This document shows, in pieces, positions 25,380-35,167 of a DNA stretch of 64,000 nt (position 1 is its first letter; each line of letters begins with the position of its first letter). This stretch comes from Lachnospiraceae bacterium (GTDB lineage Bacteria; Bacillota; Clostridia; Lachnospirales; Lachnospiraceae): assembly GCA_017396555.1 (NCBI GenBank), contig JAFQLS010000057.1, positions 28,531-92,530 of the forward strand, given 5' to 3'. Made by a program: the position numbers and the translations under genes. The notes beneath the pieces are model-generated. The model ran no database searches. It was not told where the DNA came from and worked only from the letters and a program-made list of their open reading frames with translations.

Positions 25380-26777
25380 ATGTTAAAGAAGAAATTAACA
25401 GCGATGATAACTTTAATCGCAATACTTGTAACAAGTATGAGTTTTAGTGTTGTAGCATTTGCAGCAACAGTTAATTGTATTCAGATGCCAGTAAATAAGG
25501 TGTCAGATATTTCTATGTTATCGGTGGCAACAAATATTGTTAGTTGCGATAATGCATGTGAAGATGTTGTAGAAGGTGAAAGGAGTTATGATTATTATTA
25601 CCAGTTTACATTGACTAAACCATCTTATATATGGTTGGATATGTATTCAGATGTTTTGACTCGTAATTATGCAGGCTCTACACAAGTGTACATCGGAAAG
25701 ACACCTACAACTTGTACAGAACAGTTATTTAGTATGAATGCTAATGGTGTAAGTGGAAGTTACAGACATTTATTTGAAGCTGGAACTTATTATATCAAGG
25801 CTACAATTATTGTTGATGAACCAACAATAAGTAATGGTGCTGAAATGATTAAAGACAGTAAGAGTTTAAGTTTTACATTGTATGCACAGGAACTTTCAAG
25901 AGATAACAACGCATACGGAATGTCAATGGAAACCGCTATAGTGATGAAGGATTTTAAAGGTCGAGGAGTGGTTTCTAAGGATGTAAGATCACAGTGGTTT
26001 AAATTTACTATTGATTCAAAGAGCGATGTTGATTTCGCGACAACATTTATGCCACCTTCAACTTGGACAAAAAGTTCAAAAGGTGAAGTTAGATTATATA
26101 ATGCAAATGGAGAAGAGATTGGTAGTTGTAGTGGTGGAAGTTTCGATGCCGGAGCATGGGTAGAGGAACACGAATTAAGAACTAACATTTCGAATTCAGT
26201 TAAAGAATTACCAGCTGGTACATACTATATATGTGTTAATTTAAATGCAGGAGTGTATCCGGTAGATGTAAAACTTAATGTGAAAGATGTATATGCTCCA
26301 AATAAGCCAAAAGCAGTTAACTACAAGTCAGGTAACAAGTTTGTTAAAGGTAATGCTGAAAAGGGAAGCACAGTATACGTTAAGTATAACGGAAAGACAA
26401 CAAAGGCTAAGACAGATAAATACGGAGTATACAAGGTAAACACATCTGTATTAAAGGTAGGCAAGACAGTTCAGATTTGGGCTAAAGATGCTAAGGGTAA
26501 TAAGTCAAAGGTAACTAAGGTTACAGTAAAGAATAGACAGATTGCAAAGCCAAAGGTTAAGACATACAAGAAGAACACAAAGCTTGTTAAGGGTACTGGA
26601 AAGAAGGGTACAACAGTATATGTAACATATGCAGGAAAGACATATAAGAAGAAATTAACATCGTCGTCTTATAGTGTTAAGGTTAACAAGAAGCTTACTA
26701 AAGGAGCAAGTATAAAGGTTAAGGTTATGGATAGCTATGGTAACTATTCAAAGACAGTAACAGTTAAAGTTAAATAA
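25380..26777 (+). CDS. Secreted protein with two C-terminal Ig-like repeats
   Basis: Signal peptide ...VVAFAAT. The C-terminal tandem ~75-aa repeats are KPK(A/V).(Y/T)K..(N/T)K.VKG...KG(S/T)TVYV.Y.GKT..(A/K)K... The N-terminal part is unassigned. Confidence 0.6.
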   Translation: MLKKKLTAMITLIAILVTSMSFSVVAFAATVNCIQMPVNKVSDISMLSVATNIVSCDNACEDVVEGERSYDYYYQFTLTKPSYIWLDMYSDVLTRNYAGSTQVYIGKTPTTCTEQLFSMNANGVSGSYRHLFEAGTYYIKATIIVDEPTISNGAEMIKDSKSLSFTLYAQELSRDNNAYGMSMETAIVMKDFKGRGVVSKDVRSQWFKFTIDSKSDVDFATTFMPPSTWTKSSKGEVRLYNANGEEIGSCSGGSFDAGAWVEEHELRTNISNSVKELPAGTYYICVNLNAGVYPVDVKLNVKDVYAPNKPKAVNYKSGNKFVKGNAEKGSTVYVKYNGKTTKAKTDKYGVYKVNTSVLKVGKTVQIWAKDAKGNKSKVTKVTVKNRQIAKPKVKTYKKNTKLVKGTGKKGTTVYVTYAGKTYKKKLTSSSYSVKVNKKLTKGASIKVKVMDSYGNYSKTVTVKVK

Positions 26778-26791
26778 TTGAAATTTTTATT

Positions 26792-26825
26792 AAAGGTTGT
26801 GTCGAATGTTTGACACAACCTTTTT
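26792..26825 (+). terminator. Intrinsic terminator
   Basis: AAAGGTTGTGTC (26792-26803) pairs with GACACAACCTTT (26812-26823), followed by a T-run. Confidence 0.8.
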
Positions 26826-26842
26826 CAATTTTTAAATCCGTA

Positions 26843-26871
26843 TTGAATAATCCATAGAATGTTGGTATAAT
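26843..26871 (+). promoter_or_regulatory. Sigma-A-type promoter for srtB-glnN
   Basis: TTGAAT (26843-26848), a 17-nt spacer, then TGgTATAAT (TATAAT at 26866-26871). Confidence 0.6.
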
Positions 26872-26915
26872 CAAAATTGTTTTTATTTTATAAAGTTAAG
26901 AAAGGTCGATGTCCT

Positions 26916-27776
26916 ATGGAACAGAGTAAAAAGGTACTTCGAGTAAAAAAACGAAAAAAACATTCTAAGAAATATTACATAATTGAAGGCATTCGAAAGA
27001 CAATTATGATGTTGGCGTTATTTACATTTTCATATGTATCATATGAGTTAACTAATATATATCTTGAATACAAGGATGCGGATGATGCTTATGCAGATGT
27101 CAATGTTATGCTTGGTGGAGAGGTTGATGAAGAGGGGAATGATGGAGAGGTTGAAACGGATTCGGATGGAAATGTAATTTCGAATGTCAATGATGGTGAT
27201 AAATGGGAATGGGATTATGATAGTTATTTAAGATTTAATTCAGATACAAAAGGTTTTATTATGAGTGAAGGAACACCAATTCAGTATCCGATTATGCAAG
27301 GCTCAGATAACGATTACTATCTAAATCATTTGGCTAATAATATTGAACATAAAAACGGTTCTATATTTATAGATTACAAGTTAGATACAGGGTTAGAGGC
27401 AAAGAATTGTGTTATTTACGGACACAATATGAGAAATGGAGCAATGTTTGGTTCTCTGCAGGAATATGCAGATGAAAGCTACTGGGAGAAACATCCGTAT
27501 ATGGATATATATATAGGATATAAGCATTATAGATACTATGTATTTGCTATGTATACGACTCCTATAAATAGTGACACATATACCATAAGGTTTAAGGATG
27601 ATAAAGCGTTTTTAAATTACGTTAAACAATGTAAGAACAAGTCTATATATACACCGGATGTTGGAAAAATAACAGCAGATGATAAGATAATCACATTATC
27701 TACATGTATGGATAATGGTGATGATAATTATAGATTTATAGTTCAATTGGTACGTCGCGAAGAAGTGACAGACTAG
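26916..27776 (+). CDS. srtB: Class B sortase
   Basis: N-terminal TM, VIYGHNMRNGAMFGSL (catalytic His), TLSTC (catalytic Cys) and a C-terminal R in VQLVRRE. The track start 26877 is TTG; ATG 26916 is preferred. Confidence 0.8.
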   Translation: MEQSKKVLRVKKRKKHSKKYYIIEGIRKTIMMLALFTFSYVSYELTNIYLEYKDADDAYADVNVMLGGEVDEEGNDGEVETDSDGNVISNVNDGDKWEWDYDSYLRFNSDTKGFIMSEGTPIQYPIMQGSDNDYYLNHLANNIEHKNGSIFIDYKLDTGLEAKNCVIYGHNMRNGAMFGSLQEYADESYWEKHPYMDIYIGYKHYRYYVFAMYTTPINSDTYTIRFKDDKAFLNYVKQCKNKSIYTPDVGKITADDKIITLSTCMDNGDDNYRFIVQLVRREEVTD

Positions 27777-27797
27777 ACAACGAAAGGGAATTAGAAA

Positions 27798-29915
27798 ATG
27801 AGTGATTTGATTAATGTTTCAGAAATATTTGGAGAAGATGTTTTCGGTGATATAGTAATGAAGGAACGTCTTCCTAAAAAGGTATATTCACAGTTAAGAA
27901 AAGTTATAAATGAAGAGGCGGTTCTAACCTCAGATATAGCTGATGTGGTAGCTAATGTAATGAAGGATTGGGCAATTGAAAAAGGTGCAACGCATTATAC
28001 ACATTGGTTTCAGCCACTTACAGGAGTAACTGCTGAAAAGCATGATTCTTTTGTTTCGGCACCTGATGAAGATGGTAGAGTAATAATGGAATTTTCTGGA
28101 AAAGAATTGATAAAGGGTGAGTCTGATGCATCTTCATTTCCTTCAGGTGGACTTAGGGCTACATTTGAAGCAAGAGGCTATACGGCGTGGGATTGCACAT
28201 CACCTGCATTTGTTAAGAGGGATGCGGCAGGTGCAACACTTTGTATTCCTACAGCATTTTGCTCGTATACAGGTGAAGCGTTAGACAAGAAGACACCGTT
28301 GCTTAGGTCTATGGAGGTTGTAAATACACAGGCGCTTCGTATATTAAGGTTATTTGGAAATACAACGTCTAAAAAGGTTATTCCATCTGTAGGACCAGAA
28401 CAGGAATATTTCCTTGTTGATAGAGAAAAATATTTACAGAGAAAAGACCTTATATTCACAGGAAGAACATTGTTCGGAATGATGCCACCAAAGGGTCAGG
28501 AGCTTGAAGATCATTATTATGGTAGTATCAGAGAACGTATTGCTGCGTATATGAAAGATGTGAATGAACATTTATGGAGGCTTGGTGTATCAGCGAAGAC
28601 TCAGCATAATGAAGTTGCACCGGCACAGCACGAATTGGCGCCTATATATGCACAGTGTAATATAGCGGTTGACCATAACCAGCTTATTATGGAGACACTT
28701 AAGAAGGTGGCAACTCATCATGGTCTTACATGTCTTCTTCACGAGAAACCATTTGCAGGAGTTAATGGTTCGGGTAAGCATGATAACTGGTCGCTTACAA
28801 CAGATGATGGAATTAATTTATTAAATCCAGGTAAAACACCACATGAAAATATACAGTTTCTTTTGGTTTTAACATCTATTATGAGGGCAGTAGACAGACA
28901 TGCAGACCTGCTTAGGGAATCTGCTGCAAATCCTGGAAATGACCACAGACTTGGAGCGAGTGAAGCTCCGCCATCCATAGTATCAATTTTCCTTGGAGAA
29001 CAGTTGGAAGATGTTATTTCACAGCTGGTTAGTACAGGAGAAGCTACAAGTAGTAAGAAGTCTGGTAGATTTAATTCGGGTGTTAGCACACTTCCTGGAT
29101 TTACTAAGGATGCTACAGACAGAAATAGAACATCACCATTTGCATTTACAGGAAATAAATTTGAATTTAGAATGGTAGGTTCGTCAGATTCGGTTGCGAG
29201 TCCTAATGTAATACTTAATACGATTACTGCAGAAGTATTTTGTGAGGTTGCAGATGAACTTGAGGCTGCAGAAGACTTTGATATGGCTGTTCATGATATT
29301 ATTAAGAGATTTGCAACTGAGCACCAGAGAATAATTTTTAATGGAAATGGCTATTCGCAGGAATGGATTGAAGAGGCAGAGAGAAGAGGGCTTCCGAATA
29401 ATAGAACAATGGTTGATGCTATACCGGCTCTTACGACTGATGAATCGGTTGCATTATTTGAAAAGTTTGGAGTATTCACAAGAGCAGAGTTAGAATCAAG
29501 GTCAGAGATTCAGTACGAATCATATTCAAAGGCTATTAATATAGAAGCAAGAACAATGATTGATATGGCGGGCAAGCAGTTTATACCGGCAATTATCAGA
29601 TATACAACACAGCTTGCAGATTCTATTAATTCAGTTAGAATGGCAATACCTGATGCTGATGTAAGCACACAGACAGAGTTGTTGTTAGAAACTTCCGCAC
29701 TTTTAACGGACGCCAAAGTTGCTTTATCTAAACTCACAGAAGTAACTGCAACTGCTGTTACAGTTAATGGTGCGAAGCAGCAAGCAGAATATTACAAGGA
29801 TTCTGTTACAACTGCTATGCAGGAACTTAGAACTCCAATTGATAGATTGGAAATGATTGTTGATAAGAAATTATGGCCTGTGCCATCTTACGGCGATTTA
29901 ATTTTTGAAGTATAG
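27798..29915 (+). CDS. glnN: Type III glutamine synthetase
   Basis: 705 aa. N-terminal FGEDVF....M...LPK.VY and the central HNEVAP.Q.E..P...GSGKH.NWS are as in GlnN-type GSIII. Confidence 0.85.
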   Translation: MSDLINVSEIFGEDVFGDIVMKERLPKKVYSQLRKVINEEAVLTSDIADVVANVMKDWAIEKGATHYTHWFQPLTGVTAEKHDSFVSAPDEDGRVIMEFSGKELIKGESDASSFPSGGLRATFEARGYTAWDCTSPAFVKRDAAGATLCIPTAFCSYTGEALDKKTPLLRSMEVVNTQALRILRLFGNTTSKKVIPSVGPEQEYFLVDREKYLQRKDLIFTGRTLFGMMPPKGQELEDHYYGSIRERIAAYMKDVNEHLWRLGVSAKTQHNEVAPAQHELAPIYAQCNIAVDHNQLIMETLKKVATHHGLTCLLHEKPFAGVNGSGKHDNWSLTTDDGINLLNPGKTPHENIQFLLVLTSIMRAVDRHADLLRESAANPGNDHRLGASEAPPSIVSIFLGEQLEDVISQLVSTGEATSSKKSGRFNSGVSTLPGFTKDATDRNRTSPFAFTGNKFEFRMVGSSDSVASPNVILNTITAEVFCEVADELEAAEDFDMAVHDIIKRFATEHQRIIFNGNGYSQEWIEEAERRGLPNNRTMVDAIPALTTDESVALFEKFGVFTRAELESRSEIQYESYSKAINIEARTMIDMAGKQFIPAIIRYTTQLADSINSVRMAIPDADVSTQTELLLETSALLTDAKVALSKLTEVTATAVTVNGAKQQAEYYKDSVTTAMQELRTPIDRLEMIVDKKLWPVPSYGDLIFEV

Positions 29916-29932
29916 ACGGAGGACATAAGAAT

Positions 29933-30910
29933 ATGGATATGTTGTTAAATGTTTTGTTTTTAGTGGTTGGATTTGTTCTTCTTGTAAAAGGAGCAGATTT
30001 CTTTGTTGAAGGAAGTTCATACATTGCTAAAGTACTTAAGGTTCCGGCTGTTATAGTCGGGCTTACAATAGTATCAATTGGTACTAGTGCACCTGAGCTG
30101 GCAGTCAGTGTTGCGGCGGCTACAAAGGGTGAAAGTGCTATGTCTATTAGTAATGTAATAGGTTCTAATATGTTTAACTTATTAATGGTGCTTGGTGTAT
30201 GTTCGGTTATAAAGCCTGTAAAGGTGAAGGAGTCAATACTTAAGTTTGAATTCCCGTTTTCGATTTTTTTAACAGGACTAGTATTATTCTTTATATCGGA
30301 TAAGGTAATGCCTTGGAATGATGCTAAGTATTCAAAGGATACAATAGGCTCACTTGGAAGACCAGCAGGAATAATAATAATTGTTCTTTTGATTGGTTTT
30401 ATTTTGTTTTTGATTCGTTCAGCATTGAAACAAAGAAATGAAATGAATGAAGAATTCAAGAAGATGAATCCTATTCTTTGTGCGGTATATGTTATAGGTG
30501 GTATTGCTGCAATTGTAATAGGTGGAGATGTGGTTGTTGACAATGCTAAGAGTATTGCATTGGCACTTGGAATGACTGAGACTTTAGTTGGTCTTACAAT
30601 TGTTGCCATGGGAACATCGCTTCCAGAACTTGTAACAAGCGTGGTTGCATCAAGAAAGGGCTCTAATGATATTGCAGTTGGTAATGTGGTGGGTTCAAAT
30701 ATATTTAACATATTGTTAGTGTTAGGACTTTCTGCAACAATATCGCCAATGCTTGTTTTGACTATTTCGGCTGTAGACCTTGTAATACTTATTGTTGTTA
30801 GTATTATTGGTTACATATTTGCTTTTACTAAAAAAGAAATCAATAGAGTTGAAGGAATAATTATGATTCTAATGTATGCAGCATATATGGTATATGCGAT
30901 CATTAGATAA
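29933..30910 (+). CDS. Ca2+/Na+ antiporter (CaCA, YrbG-like)
   Basis: Two alpha-repeats: G(T/L)TIVSIGTSAPELAVS and GLTIVAMGTSLPELVTS, plus NV(I/V)GSN(M/I)FN(L/I)L. Confidence 0.85.
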   Translation: MDMLLNVLFLVVGFVLLVKGADFFVEGSSYIAKVLKVPAVIVGLTIVSIGTSAPELAVSVAAATKGESAMSISNVIGSNMFNLLMVLGVCSVIKPVKVKESILKFEFPFSIFLTGLVLFFISDKVMPWNDAKYSKDTIGSLGRPAGIIIIVLLIGFILFLIRSALKQRNEMNEEFKKMNPILCAVYVIGGIAAIVIGGDVVVDNAKSIALALGMTETLVGLTIVAMGTSLPELVTSVVASRKGSNDIAVGNVVGSNIFNILLVLGLSATISPMLVLTISAVDLVILIVVSIIGYIFAFTKKEINRVEGIIMILMYAAYMVYAIIR

Positions 30911-30927
30911 GTATAAAATAATATAAC

Positions 30928-30965
30928 GACCGGGCAGGAGTAAAATCTTGCTCGGTCATTTATTA
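30928..30965 (+). terminator. Terminator hairpin 1 after the antiporter gene
   Basis: GACCGGGCA (30928-30936) pairs with TGCTCGGTC (30949-30957). One G-U pair is valid only on the + strand, followed by ATTTATTAT. Confidence 0.55.
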
Positions 30966-30979
30966 TAAAGCAAACAAAA

Positions 30980-31010
30980 AAGAGATGTAGGGGATACATC
31001 TCTTGTTTTG
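30980..31010. terminator. Terminator hairpin 2 (bidirectional appearance)
   Basis: AAGAGATGTA (30980-30989) pairs with TACATCTCTT (30995-31004). It is flanked by an A-run upstream and GTTTTG downstream. Confidence 0.6.
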
Positions 31011-31396
31011 TAATAGGTTTTGTCGTCGTTTTGTATATTATAAAAAGGGGAGGAAGTCGCTTTCCAGCGACTCATTATTATGAAAAAAAGAGTTTTTCTT
31101 TCGTCTATGTTAGTATTATATTTGCAAAAAATGAAGAAAGAATGTGTTTTATGTAAAAGGTTATTTAATAAAAAATGAACAAATTATGAACACGAGGATA
31201 ATTTACATCATCCGAGTATGTAGATTTGATTTTATATAGTATTTTGGAAGTGCAAAATACAAATATATTTTTAGAGTAAAATAGTGACAAGGAGCTAGGT
31301 TGTAATAATACTGGCTTCTTTTTGATTGCGAAAAACTCGATTCTTTGATAAACTTAATAAGTAAATTATTATATAGATTAATTGGAGATGATTTGA

Positions 31397-32458
31397 GTGG
31401 CTGATAACGAAGCAGTAACCTTCCACTGTCCTTCCTGTGGAGCAGATATGAAGTTTGATGCAGAGCTTGGCAAAATGAAATGCGAATTCTGTGAAACTAT
31501 AGCAGATGTGGATGCATTTGAAAATGATAATACCGATACAATAGAAGAAGATATTGTAGAGGGAGAATTTGAGCAGGATAATGAAGAAATTTTACTTCAT
31601 AAATATAAATGTTCATCCTGTGGTGCGGAGATTTTGGCGGATGACCATACTGCAGCAACATTTTGTAATTTTTGTGGTATGCCGGCTATGATTGAGGAAC
31701 GTTTGCAGGGTGAAAAGAAGCCCGCATTTGTTATACCATTTAAGGTTAATAAGGAAAGTGCAATAGAGACATATACTGCATGGGCGAAGAAGGGTATAAT
31801 GACACCGTCTAAATTCTATGCAAAGGCAACTATCGATAAGATTACAGGTATATATGTTCCGTTTTGGTTGTATGATTATCATGCAAGAATGTATTTGACT
31901 GCACATGCAACGAGAACAAGAAGTGAAACGAGAGGAAGTTATAGATATACTCATACCGACCACTTCCATGTTGTGAGAGATATAGAGACAGATTACCTTA
32001 AGATTCCGGCAGATGCATCTGAAAAAATGCCGGATGATGTTATGGATAAGCTTGAACCATTTAATTATGGCGATTTGACAAGCTTTGAAATGCCATATTT
32101 ATCAGGATATTATGCCGAAAAATATAATTATTCTGCGGAGGATATGGCACCAAGACTTGAACATAGGGTTAAGAATTACATTAATACTGAGGTTATGCGT
32201 ACTATTGTAGGCTATGGCGGAGTTCAGGTTACTCAGAGAAAAATGAATGTTCAGAAATTAAGAGCAAAATATGCACTTCTTCCGGTATGGATACTTAATT
32301 GTACATACAATGGTAAGAATTTTATGTTTGCTATGAACGGTCAGACAGGTAGAGTGGTAGCTAATAAGCCGGTATCAGCAAAAAAAGTGTTGGGATGGTT
32401 TTCGGGGATTACTGTTTTACTTGCGACTGTATTATACATTATAGGAATATTCCTATAG
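31397..32458 (+). CDS. Double zinc-ribbon protein with C-terminal TM anchor (YdjG-like), paralog A
   Basis: Two CxxC...CxxC ribbons (CPSCG..CEFC and CSSCG..CNFCG), then IPFKV...YVPFWLYD...YLSGYYAEKY...LLPVWIL...NGQTGRV and a C-terminal TM. GTG start lies 10 nt after GGAGA. Confidence 0.7.
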   Translation: MADNEAVTFHCPSCGADMKFDAELGKMKCEFCETIADVDAFENDNTDTIEEDIVEGEFEQDNEEILLHKYKCSSCGAEILADDHTAATFCNFCGMPAMIEERLQGEKKPAFVIPFKVNKESAIETYTAWAKKGIMTPSKFYAKATIDKITGIYVPFWLYDYHARMYLTAHATRTRSETRGSYRYTHTDHFHVVRDIETDYLKIPADASEKMPDDVMDKLEPFNYGDLTSFEMPYLSGYYAEKYNYSAEDMAPRLEHRVKNYINTEVMRTIVGYGGVQVTQRKMNVQKLRAKYALLPVWILNCTYNGKNFMFAMNGQTGRVVANKPVSAKKVLGWFSGITVLLATVLYIIGIFL

Positions 32459-32477
32459 GAAGCTAGAGGTGTACATT

Positions 32478-33371
32478 ATGAAAATTAGTAAGAAGATTGC
32501 GATAGTATTATTGATGGCAATGATAAGTACATTATTATGTGGATATAATGTAAGGTTTGACGAAGAAAAGTTCAGAGTGATTGACAATGTGGGCTATTTT
32601 TCGGAAAGTGAACAAAAAGAACTCCACAGCTATCTTACCCAAAAGTCAAAGGAGGCAGAGCTTGATCTGGTTGTATGTATAGAAAACAAGAGTGTAAGCG
32701 GGGATTATGAGGATGAACAAAATGCCGAGGATATTTACGATAATGCAGGATATGGATACGATAATGGTTCTTCGGGTGTTATGCTCTATATTAACTTGGA
32801 TTCCAGATATGCATATATATGTACCACGGGTATTGCAATTTGGTATATAGATGATTATGATATAGAGGATATTCTTGATGATATCTGGGATGACATTGTA
32901 GAGGGAGATTATTTTAATGCCACAAAAGATTTTGCAGATGATGTAACAATAATAGCCGAGAAATTTTTAGAGAATGAAGAAGATGGTATAGAGGTCTGGC
33001 AAGAGGAGGGATATACAAGCTACGAAGATTTTTATAATGATTTTGTTAGACATAATACGGACGTAGATTATACACTTGAACCTACTGCCGGAGAAATTAT
33101 AACAAATATACTTAAGAATCCTTTGTGGTGCATAGTAATAGGCGCTGTAATATCAGGAATAGTGGTGCTTATTATGTGTATGGGTCATAAGACAAAAATG
33201 AAAGCAAACGGTAATACCTATATAGATAGGAATACCTATGTAACCAATCAGGTTGTTGATCAGTATTTGAGAACAACAACTGTTAAAACCAAAATTGAAA
33301 CCTCGTCAGGTGGAGGTGGCGGAGGAGGCTCCTTCAGCGGTAACCATGGAGGCGGAGGACGCCATTTTTAA
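32478..33371 (+). CDS. TPM-domain membrane protein with Gly-rich tail (YgcG/YdjH-like)
   Basis: Signal/TM, then IDNVGYFSESEQKELHSYL....EAELDLVVC...GVMLYINLDSRYAYICTTG (TPM_phosphatase pattern), a TM, and the tail SSGGGGGGGSFSGNHGGGGRHF. ATG 32478 is preferred over GTG 32469. Confidence 0.7.
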   Translation: MKISKKIAIVLLMAMISTLLCGYNVRFDEEKFRVIDNVGYFSESEQKELHSYLTQKSKEAELDLVVCIENKSVSGDYEDEQNAEDIYDNAGYGYDNGSSGVMLYINLDSRYAYICTTGIAIWYIDDYDIEDILDDIWDDIVEGDYFNATKDFADDVTIIAEKFLENEEDGIEVWQEEGYTSYEDFYNDFVRHNTDVDYTLEPTAGEIITNILKNPLWCIVIGAVISGIVVLIMCMGHKTKMKANGNTYIDRNTYVTNQVVDQYLRTTTVKTKIETSSGGGGGGGSFSGNHGGGGRHF

Positions 33372-33414
33372 GAAGTTTTAATAATAATTTTAAATATAGA
33401 AAGGAAATAAGAAA

Positions 33415-33939
33415 ATGGAAAACAAGAATCCAATAGTAACATTTGAAATGGAAGGCGGAGCAATTATTAAGGCAGAATTATATCCTGAAATTGCACCAAA
33501 TTCAGTAAACAATTTTATTAGCCTTGTAAGCAAGGGATATTATGATGGGCTTATTTTTCACAGAGTAATAAGAGGATTTATGATTCAGGGTGGATGTCCT
33601 GATGGAACAGGAATGGGAGGCCCTGGATATTCAATCAAAGGCGAGTTCTCACAGAATGGTTTTGAAAATAATTTAAAACATACAGAAGGTGTGCTCTCAA
33701 TGGCAAGAGCAATGGATCCGGATTCGGCAGGTTCGCAGTTCTTCATTATGCATCAGACATCACCGCATTTGGATGGCTCTTACGCAGCATTTGGCAAGGT
33801 TATAGAAGGAATGGATGTAGTTAATTCTATAGCAGATGTACCAACTGATTATATGGACAGACCAATGGTGGTTCAGAGAATGGAAAAGGTTACTGTTGAC
33901 ACATTTGGTGTTGAGTATCCAGAAGTAGAAAAATGTTAA
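33415..33939 (+). CDS. ppiB: Cyclophilin-type peptidyl-prolyl cis-trans isomerase
   Basis: FHRVIRGFMIQGG, GSQFFI and related cyclophilin motifs; 174 aa. Confidence 0.9.
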   Translation: MENKNPIVTFEMEGGAIIKAELYPEIAPNSVNNFISLVSKGYYDGLIFHRVIRGFMIQGGCPDGTGMGGPGYSIKGEFSQNGFENNLKHTEGVLSMARAMDPDSAGSQFFIMHQTSPHLDGSYAAFGKVIEGMDVVNSIADVPTDYMDRPMVVQRMEKVTVDTFGVEYPEVEKC

Positions 33940-35111
33940 AGGCTGTTATTTTTGATATGGACGGTGTTCTCATTGATAGTGAACCCGTCCATTATCAAGC
34001 TAATAAACAATTAATGGAAAATATGGGATATGAAATATCCTATGAATACTATAAGCAATTTATAGGCTCTACATGTACTCGTATGTGGCAGACGATTATA
34101 AAGGATTACAAACTTGATAAAACTGTAGAGTGGCTGCTTGTAGAGTCTGACAAAATTTGTGATGAGATAATAAGAGAAAATGGTTATCCGCCGGTAAAAG
34201 GCGCAGTTAATCTTGTGAAGGACTTGAGACAGGCAGGTTATGTTCTGGCAGTCGCATCTTCTTCTAAGCCGGAAAGAATTGAAAAAAATGTAACTGCTTT
34301 AGATATAAAACATTGCTTTTACAAGCTTGTAAGCGGGGAAAAGGTTGAAAATCCAAAGCCTGCACCGGATGTGTTTTTAAAAGCGGCAAGGGAAATAGGT
34401 GTGTCGCCGGAGGAATGTATAGTAATTGAGGATTCAGATAACGGAGTAAAGGCAGCAAAGGCGGCTGGAATGGTATGCATTGGCTATTTGAATCCGGGCT
34501 CGGGTGTGCAAACTCTTAGTGAAGCAGATTATGTGGTTGAGTCACTGGAAAATATAGATTCATTTTTTGTTAATATGGTATATTGCCATACAAGAGGTGA
34601 AGCTATGATTATAGCTGAAACAGACAGACTTACAATAAGAGAAACCAAGGTAGAAGATGTAGACAGATTCTATGAAATATATTCAGAACCGGAAATTACA
34701 GCTTATATGGAAAATTTATATGACGATATAAACGAAGAAAGGGAATTTGCAAGAAATTATATAGAAAATATGTATAAATTCTATGAGTATGGAATGTGGA
34801 CAGTATGTCTTAAAGATGGAAAGGTTATAGGAAGAGCAGGCTTGTGTAACAGAGAAATAAATGGTGAGCTTGAGATAGAAGTGGGATATGTAATAGATAA
34901 GGCATATCAAAATCAGGGCTATGCCACAGAAGCAATAAAGGCTTCTCTTGACTATGCAAAAAATCGCCTTGAAGTATCACATGTGAATGCATTTATAAGA
35001 AAAGGAAACGAAGCCTCAATTAAAGCTGTTAAAAAAACAGGATTTAGATATGTACAAGAGGCAGAAATTGATGAACACGAATATGAAATATATAGAAAAA
35101 ACTTGATTTAA
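33933..35111 (+). CDS. Fusion protein: HAD-IA hydrolase (beta-phosphoglucomutase-like) plus GNAT (RimJ/RimL-type) N-acetyltransferase
   Basis: The N-terminal half has DMDGVLIDSE (motif I), ASSS (motif II) and EDSDNGV (motif IV). The C-terminal half has TDRLTIRE...IGRAGL...GY.I....QNQGYATEA...FIRKGNEASIKAVKKTGF, the GNAT pattern. Confidence 0.75.
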   Translation: MLKAVIFDMDGVLIDSEPVHYQANKQLMENMGYEISYEYYKQFIGSTCTRMWQTIIKDYKLDKTVEWLLVESDKICDEIIRENGYPPVKGAVNLVKDLRQAGYVLAVASSSKPERIEKNVTALDIKHCFYKLVSGEKVENPKPAPDVFLKAAREIGVSPEECIVIEDSDNGVKAAKAAGMVCIGYLNPGSGVQTLSEADYVVESLENIDSFFVNMVYCHTRGEAMIIAETDRLTIRETKVEDVDRFYEIYSEPEITAYMENLYDDINEEREFARNYIENMYKFYEYGMWTVCLKDGKVIGRAGLCNREINGELEIEVGYVIDKAYQNQGYATEAIKASLDYAKNRLEVSHVNAFIRKGNEASIKAVKKTGFRYVQEAEIDEHEYEIYRKNLI

Positions 35112-35167
35112 TACTAATAACCTATTACAATATCAATGACAATTAAAAATTAATGGAGGAAGAATTT

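Noticed and set aside
29827-30711. A 294-aa minus-strand ORF, the longest antisense ORF in the window.
   Set aside because: It lies exactly antisense to the well-supported CaCA antiporter gene. It has low-complexity S/T/I/P-rich composition, no SD and no recognisable motif, so it is a shadow ORF of an AT-rich membrane-protein gene.
31080-31178. A 32-codon ORF (MKKRVFLSSMLVLYLQKMKKECVLCKRLFNKK) in the long intergenic region before the Zn-ribbon gene.
   Set aside because: The only SD-like sequence (GGGGAGGAAG) is ~24 nt upstream and is part of a hairpin context. There is no supporting motif, so this is probably chance in AT-rich DNA.
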